NCBI GenBank assembly: GCA_964016885.1
Contig: OZ024758.1
Coordinates: 25,606,001 to 25,670,000, forward strand
Direction of reading: 5' to 3'
DNA: 64,000 nucleotides
Origin: Eledone cirrhosa
Taxonomy: Eukaryota
Positions 63,701 to 64,000 of this stretch are shown here, piece after piece. Under the pieces are notes generated by a model. The model did not search any database and had not been told where the DNA came from. It was given only the letters and a program-made list of their open reading frames with translations. Numbering within the stretch: the stretch's first letter is position 1; each line of letters starts with the position of its first letter. A program made the position numbers and the translations under genes.

Positions 63701-63713
63701 TCTTGCTGAACAG
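21497..63713 (-). CDS. NR2C: NR2C-class orphan nuclear receptor (TR2/TR4/Hr78-like), 5'-partial multi-exon gene: join(63713-63565,53230-53104,40392-40130,37233-37191,32575-32419,29350-29211,26620-26483,21834-21497)
   Basis: Eight GT-AG exons with matching phases (149+127+263+43+157+140+138+338 nt) splice into one open frame. It carries TR2/TR4 hallmark motifs VQx[83 protein letters not shown]. The DBD exons are outside the window. Confidence 0.95.
22440..22630 (-). mobile_element. SINE family A with 17-bp TSD
   Basis: TSD gtgtaagaatatataat on both sides; empty-site paralogue at ~18533-18550. Confidence 0.9.
23157..23524 (-). mobile_element. tRNA/CORE-like SINE family B with RTE-derived (GAT)n tail
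   Basis: A box TGGCTTAGTGG, B box GAGTTCAATTC, CORE-like domain, 3' end GCAAGCAGGGAAAAGCGGACGTAAAA(TGA)n. Confidence 0.88.
24290..24595 (-). mobile_element. RTE LINE 3' fragment
   Basis: [34 protein letters not shown]. Confidence 0.8.
24657..24852. mobile_element. Mariner-derived MITE
   Basis: Degenerate TIRs (gctgaaaggttcatag / ctatgaacttttcagtc) and remnant GDYVEK* transposase end. Confidence 0.6.
25362..25695 (+). mobile_element. SINE family B
   Basis: Near-identical to the 23157-23524 copy, opposite orientation. Confidence 0.88.
25695..26372 (-). mobile_element. 5'-truncated RTE LINE whose 5' 79-bp segment is tandemly amplified (~7 copies, 25810-26365)
   Basis: Unit encodes [24 protein letters not shown]; single-copy homologue at 46215-46885. 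Confidence 0.9.
26483..26620 (-). CDS. NR2C: NR2C exon: LBD ([46 protein letters not shown])
   Basis: ttttcag|AT acceptor, G|gtcagt donor; EYAYLKA..LF.P motif. Confidence 0.95.
26759..27019. repeat. Imperfect palindrome, ~120-bp arms
   Basis: aaagacagcaatggg...gaaaagattgaaa mirrored by tttcaatcttttc...cccatcactgtcttt. Confidence 0.85.
27750..28060 (+). mobile_element. SINE family B nested in a family C SINE
   Basis: Sequence identity to other family B copies; host SINE resumes at ~28180. Confidence 0.8.
28675..29130. repeat. 51-bp minisatellite (~8 copies) from the subterminal part of a piggyBac-type MITE
   Basis: Unit ggttacagccagtttgaacagaaagaggtgagagaattctggctggatttggcc; ends in AAATGCTAAAGGG|TTAA. 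Confidence 0.92.
29211..29350 (-). CDS. NR2C: NR2C exon: LBD ([46 protein letters not shown])
   Basis: ttttcag|T acceptor, G|gtaaat donor; WxELFxLGLAQC motif. Confidence 0.95.
29545..30092. mobile_element. Fold-back element interrupted by a SINE 3' fragment (29598-29770)
   Basis: Inverted arms attcatgagtgaata../..tattcactcacgaat and aatattcagtttgtttgcaagtaaacagcctca / tgaggccgtttacttgtaaacaaatcgaatatt. Confidence 0.7.
31568..31760 (+). mobile_element. CRE/NeSL-type non-LTR retrotransposon C-terminal (REL endonuclease region) relic
   Basis: [20 protein letters not shown]...[15 protein letters not shown] then (frameshift) DVFSILS; resembles the AVETxGxxG...LFQRxSxAIQRGNAxSIL motif. Confidence 0.6.
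32419..32575 (-). CDS. NR2C: NR2C exon: LBD start ([51 protein letters not shown])
   Basis: Near-identity to the TR2/TR4 LBD helix-3 signature; ctcag|GC acceptor, AA|gtaagt donor. Confidence 0.97.
32666..32832. mobile_element. hAT-Charlie-type MITE
   Basis: CAGTGGTTCCCAAA / ATGGAAACCCTG termini with perfect 8-bp TSD GTCTAATA. Confidence 0.9.
34043..34310. mobile_element. Fold-back element in (TA)n with tRNA-like loop
   Basis: 100-bp arms (34051-34150 / 34203-34302) with one mismatch seen; loop has T-arm GTGGG-TTCGACT-CCCAT. Confidence 0.88.
34481..34905. mobile_element. Fold-back element between (TA)n tracts, probable Penelope-like pLTR relic
   Basis: About 110-bp inverted arms (34481-34595 vs 34728-34905, with an insert); degenerate hammerhead-like motif at 34618-34648. 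Confidence 0.6.
35462..35970 (-). mobile_element. RTE LINE ORF2 3' fragment
   Basis: [44 protein letters not shown]. Confidence 0.9.
36358..36690 (+). mobile_element. SINE family B
   Basis: Identity to family B copies. Confidence 0.88.
36845..36995 (+). mobile_element. RTE LINE extreme 3' end
   Basis: [38 protein letters not shown] then (GAT)n; last ~45 nt shared with SINE family B. Confidence 0.8.
37191..37233 (-). CDS. NR2C: NR2C 43-nt small exon ([15 protein letters not shown])
   Basis: ttccag|GCA acceptor, GAAG|gtaaga donor; needed to bridge phase 0 to 1; joins to give EIEGNLLS, similar to TR4 EVEGPLLS. Confidence 0.85.
38485..39178. repeat. 40-bp minisatellite, ~17 copies
   Basis: Unit gctacagttgctgtgttgactgccgtgtatattttacaca. 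Confidence 0.96.
39290..39965. repeat. 33-bp minisatellite, ~20 copies
   Basis: Same unit as 7535-7857. Confidence 0.96.
40130..40392 (-). CDS. NR2C: NR2C exon: hinge ([20 protein letters not shown]...[12 protein letters not shown]...GLSQ)
   Basis: tctcag|CT acceptor, CAG|gtgagt donor; DLSTLASVV and AFDTLA motifs of TR2/TR4. Confidence 0.93.
41071..41403 (-). mobile_element. SINE family B with 3' extension (41021-41070)
   Basis: Tail followed by a 40-nt segment identical to the 3' flank of the 54485-54758 copy, then a second (GAT)n. Confidence 0.85.
41868..42293 (+). mobile_element. Penelope-like pLTR/fold-back element containing a hammerhead motif
   Basis: About 95-bp inverted arms (41868-41964 / 42199-42293), AAG|GTAAGT donor-like site at 42004, hammerhead at 42041, AATAAA at 42176; (TA)n flanks. 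Confidence 0.7.
42041..42083 (+). ncRNA. Minimal type-I hammerhead ribozyme motif
   Basis: ACGTTG-CTGACGA-T-AGCT-AACA-AGCT-T-GAAA-CTAG-TA-CAGCGT: stem I, core, stem II, palindromic stem III, GUA site. Confidence 0.72.
42333..43208 (+). mobile_element. Internally deleted mariner element (~68-bp TIRs, TA TSD)
   Basis: TIR CGAGGTGTGTCAGAAAAGTTCCAGGA..CTTCACACTA; HTH region [29 protein letters not shown]-terminus [11 protein letters not shown]; catalytic core deleted. Confidence 0.93.
43426..43563 (+). ncRNA. Type-I hammerhead ribozyme motif with long stem II
   Basis: TCATTATTT-CTGAAGA-[~100-nt imperfect hairpin]-GAAA-CGATCG-TA-AAATGATGA. Confidence 0.68.
43815..43934. repeat. 120-bp near-perfect palindrome with a CTGATGA..GAAA hammerhead-like core on each arm
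   Basis: tatagtctaacaaagttctttcgttgc...gcaacgaaagaactttgttagactata. Confidence 0.8.
43935..44797 (+). mobile_element. Internally deleted Tc1/mariner element, DD37D (maT-type)
   Basis: TA-flanked TIRs CAGGGTG(T/C)GGACGATAT; ORF 44266-44694 with QQD-x37-D ([12 protein letters not shown]). Confidence 0.92.
45317..45500 (+). mobile_element. SINE family A
   Basis: Full head, core and tail. Confidence 0.85.
45513..45852 (+). mobile_element. SINE family B
   Basis: Full head, core and tail. Confidence 0.88.
46038..46170. repeat. AT-rich imperfect palindrome adjoining (TA)n
   Basis: gaaaaaaaggaaaagaatg..ttaaaaaatttttgatttaatt / aattaaatcaaaaaattttta..cattcttttcctttttttc. Confidence 0.75.
46215..46885 (+). 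mobile_element. RTE LINE ORF2 3' fragment (RT thumb to end)
   Basis: [43 protein letters not shown]. Confidence 0.9.
47015..47130. repeat. 116-bp almost perfect spacer-less palindrome
   Basis: Centre gggatccc; one mismatch seen. Confidence 0.92.
47544..48022. mobile_element. piggyBac-type MITE with nested hammerhead-bearing insert (~47654-47900)
   Basis: TTAA-CCTTTTAGCATT..AAATGCTAAAGGG-TTAA; attttgatatta repeated on both sides of the insert. Confidence 0.7.
49500..49980 (-). mobile_element. RTE LINE 3' fragment
   Basis: [38 protein letters not shown]. Confidence 0.85.
51318..51710 (-). mobile_element. Two tandem SINE family A copies
   Basis: Complete copies at 51318-51503 and 51520-51710. 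Confidence 0.85.
51715..52130 (-). mobile_element. CR1-clade LINE 3' fragment
   Basis: [28 protein letters not shown] (CR1 TRGH..R..FF..RV...WN.LP motif). Confidence 0.8.
52770..53000. mobile_element. piggyBac-type MITE, complete (231 bp)
   Basis: TTAA|CCCTTTAGCATTTA ... TAAATGCTAAAGGG|TTAA. Confidence 0.9.
53104..53230 (-). CDS. NR2C: NR2C exon: hinge ([42 protein letters not shown])
   Basis: tttcag|GAT acceptor, ACAG|gtaaga donor; phase 0 to 1 fits both neighbours; low sequence conservation. Confidence 0.85.
53323..53665 (-). mobile_element. SINE family B
   Basis: Identity to family B copies. Confidence 0.88.
55031..55443 (+). mobile_element. SINE family B (variant with internal duplication)
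   Basis: Identity to family B copies. Confidence 0.85.
56100..56365. repeat. 14-bp AT-rich minisatellite (aaacatgcatatat)
   Basis: Direct observation. Confidence 0.88.
56457..56837. mobile_element. hAT-like MITE with full SINE-A insert (56551-56733, TSD acataat)
   Basis: agacctgtcaa ... ttgacaggtct termini. Confidence 0.75.
57281..57900 (+). repeat. 45-bp minisatellite (~13 copies) of the SINE-A 5' head, followed by the SINE body to ~58065
   Basis: Unit ggattggcagtatcggtagagggtcggacaccatgttagggtggg. Confidence 0.95.
58157..58560 (-). mobile_element. SINE family B variant
   Basis: Identity to family B copies. Confidence 0.8.
58575..60375 (-). mobile_element. 5'-truncated CR1 LINE whose 5' 61-bp segment is amplified ~26 times (58769-60360)
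   Basis: Unit catggaggttttaaaggatgcagtgtctcgacagctaacaactgatgcaggtagtttgttc ([20 protein letters not shown]); unamplified homologue at 51715-52130. Confidence 0.93.
60828..61162 (-). mobile_element. SINE family B
   Basis: Identity to family B copies. Confidence 0.88.
62406..62975. repeat. 94-95-bp tandem repeat (~6 copies) spanning the head of one old SINE-A and the core of the next
   Basis: aaatactgcaaggcatcttg recurs at 62406, 62501, 62596, 62690 and onward. Confidence 0.9.
63565..63713 (-). CDS. NR2C: NR2C exon: post-zinc-finger T-box/hinge ([50 protein letters not shown])
   Basis: Acceptor tttcag|CT, donor GAG|gtagga; resembles TR4 SVQSERKP...KIYIRKDLRSP. Confidence 0.93.
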
Positions 63714-63859
63714 CTGAAAGTAGAAAATTGAAGACATTTTAAAACTTTTTTATCAAAAAGAAAAACATTTTTGTGAACCTATAAAAAAATTTATTTTGTC
63801 TTTTTTTTTTTTTCATCTTCTTTCTAACCTTTCTTTATTTTTATTTTTCAAAAATTAAC

Positions 63860-64000
63860 CACGGCGGGATTTGAACTCAGACCATAAAGGGCCGTAACTC
63901 TATGTTACAAAGCATGGCGTCTGACCCTCTACCGATACTGCCAATCCACCGCCCTAACATGGCGTCCGACCCTCTACCGATACTGCCAATCCGCCGCCCT
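63860..64000 (-). mobile_element. SINE family A head, with the start of another 45-bp head repeat running off the window
   Basis: catggcgtc(t/c)gaccctctaccgatactgccaatcc(a/g)ccgccct present twice. Confidence 0.8.

Overview
Eukaryotic, AT-rich, repeat-dense animal DNA; the SINE/LINE/MITE complement looks like a coleoid cephalopod (octopus-like; inference). The only host gene I can support is the 3' part of an NR2C-class orphan nuclear receptor (TR2/TR4/Hr78-like) on the minus strand. I reconstructed 8 coding exons by hand (63713->21497), all GT-AG and phase-consistent, giving about 450 aa from the post-DBD T-box through hinge and LBD to the stop; the zinc-finger DBD lies beyond the right edge. 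The rest is tRNA-derived SINEs, RTE/CR1/CRE LINE fragments, deleted Tc1/mariner elements, hAT- and piggyBac-type MITEs, and many minisatellites. Two patterns stand out. (1) A set of small asymmetric fold-back elements inserted in (TA)n tracts; several carry minimal type-I hammerhead ribozyme motifs of the Penelope-like kind (best at 42041-42083 and 43426-43563, nearly all antisense to the host gene), and one family carries a tRNA-like core at its hairpin apex. (2) Long tandem arrays repeatedly built from the 5'-most segment of inserted SINEs/LINEs. Nearly all ORFs in the supplied track are repeat-derived noise.
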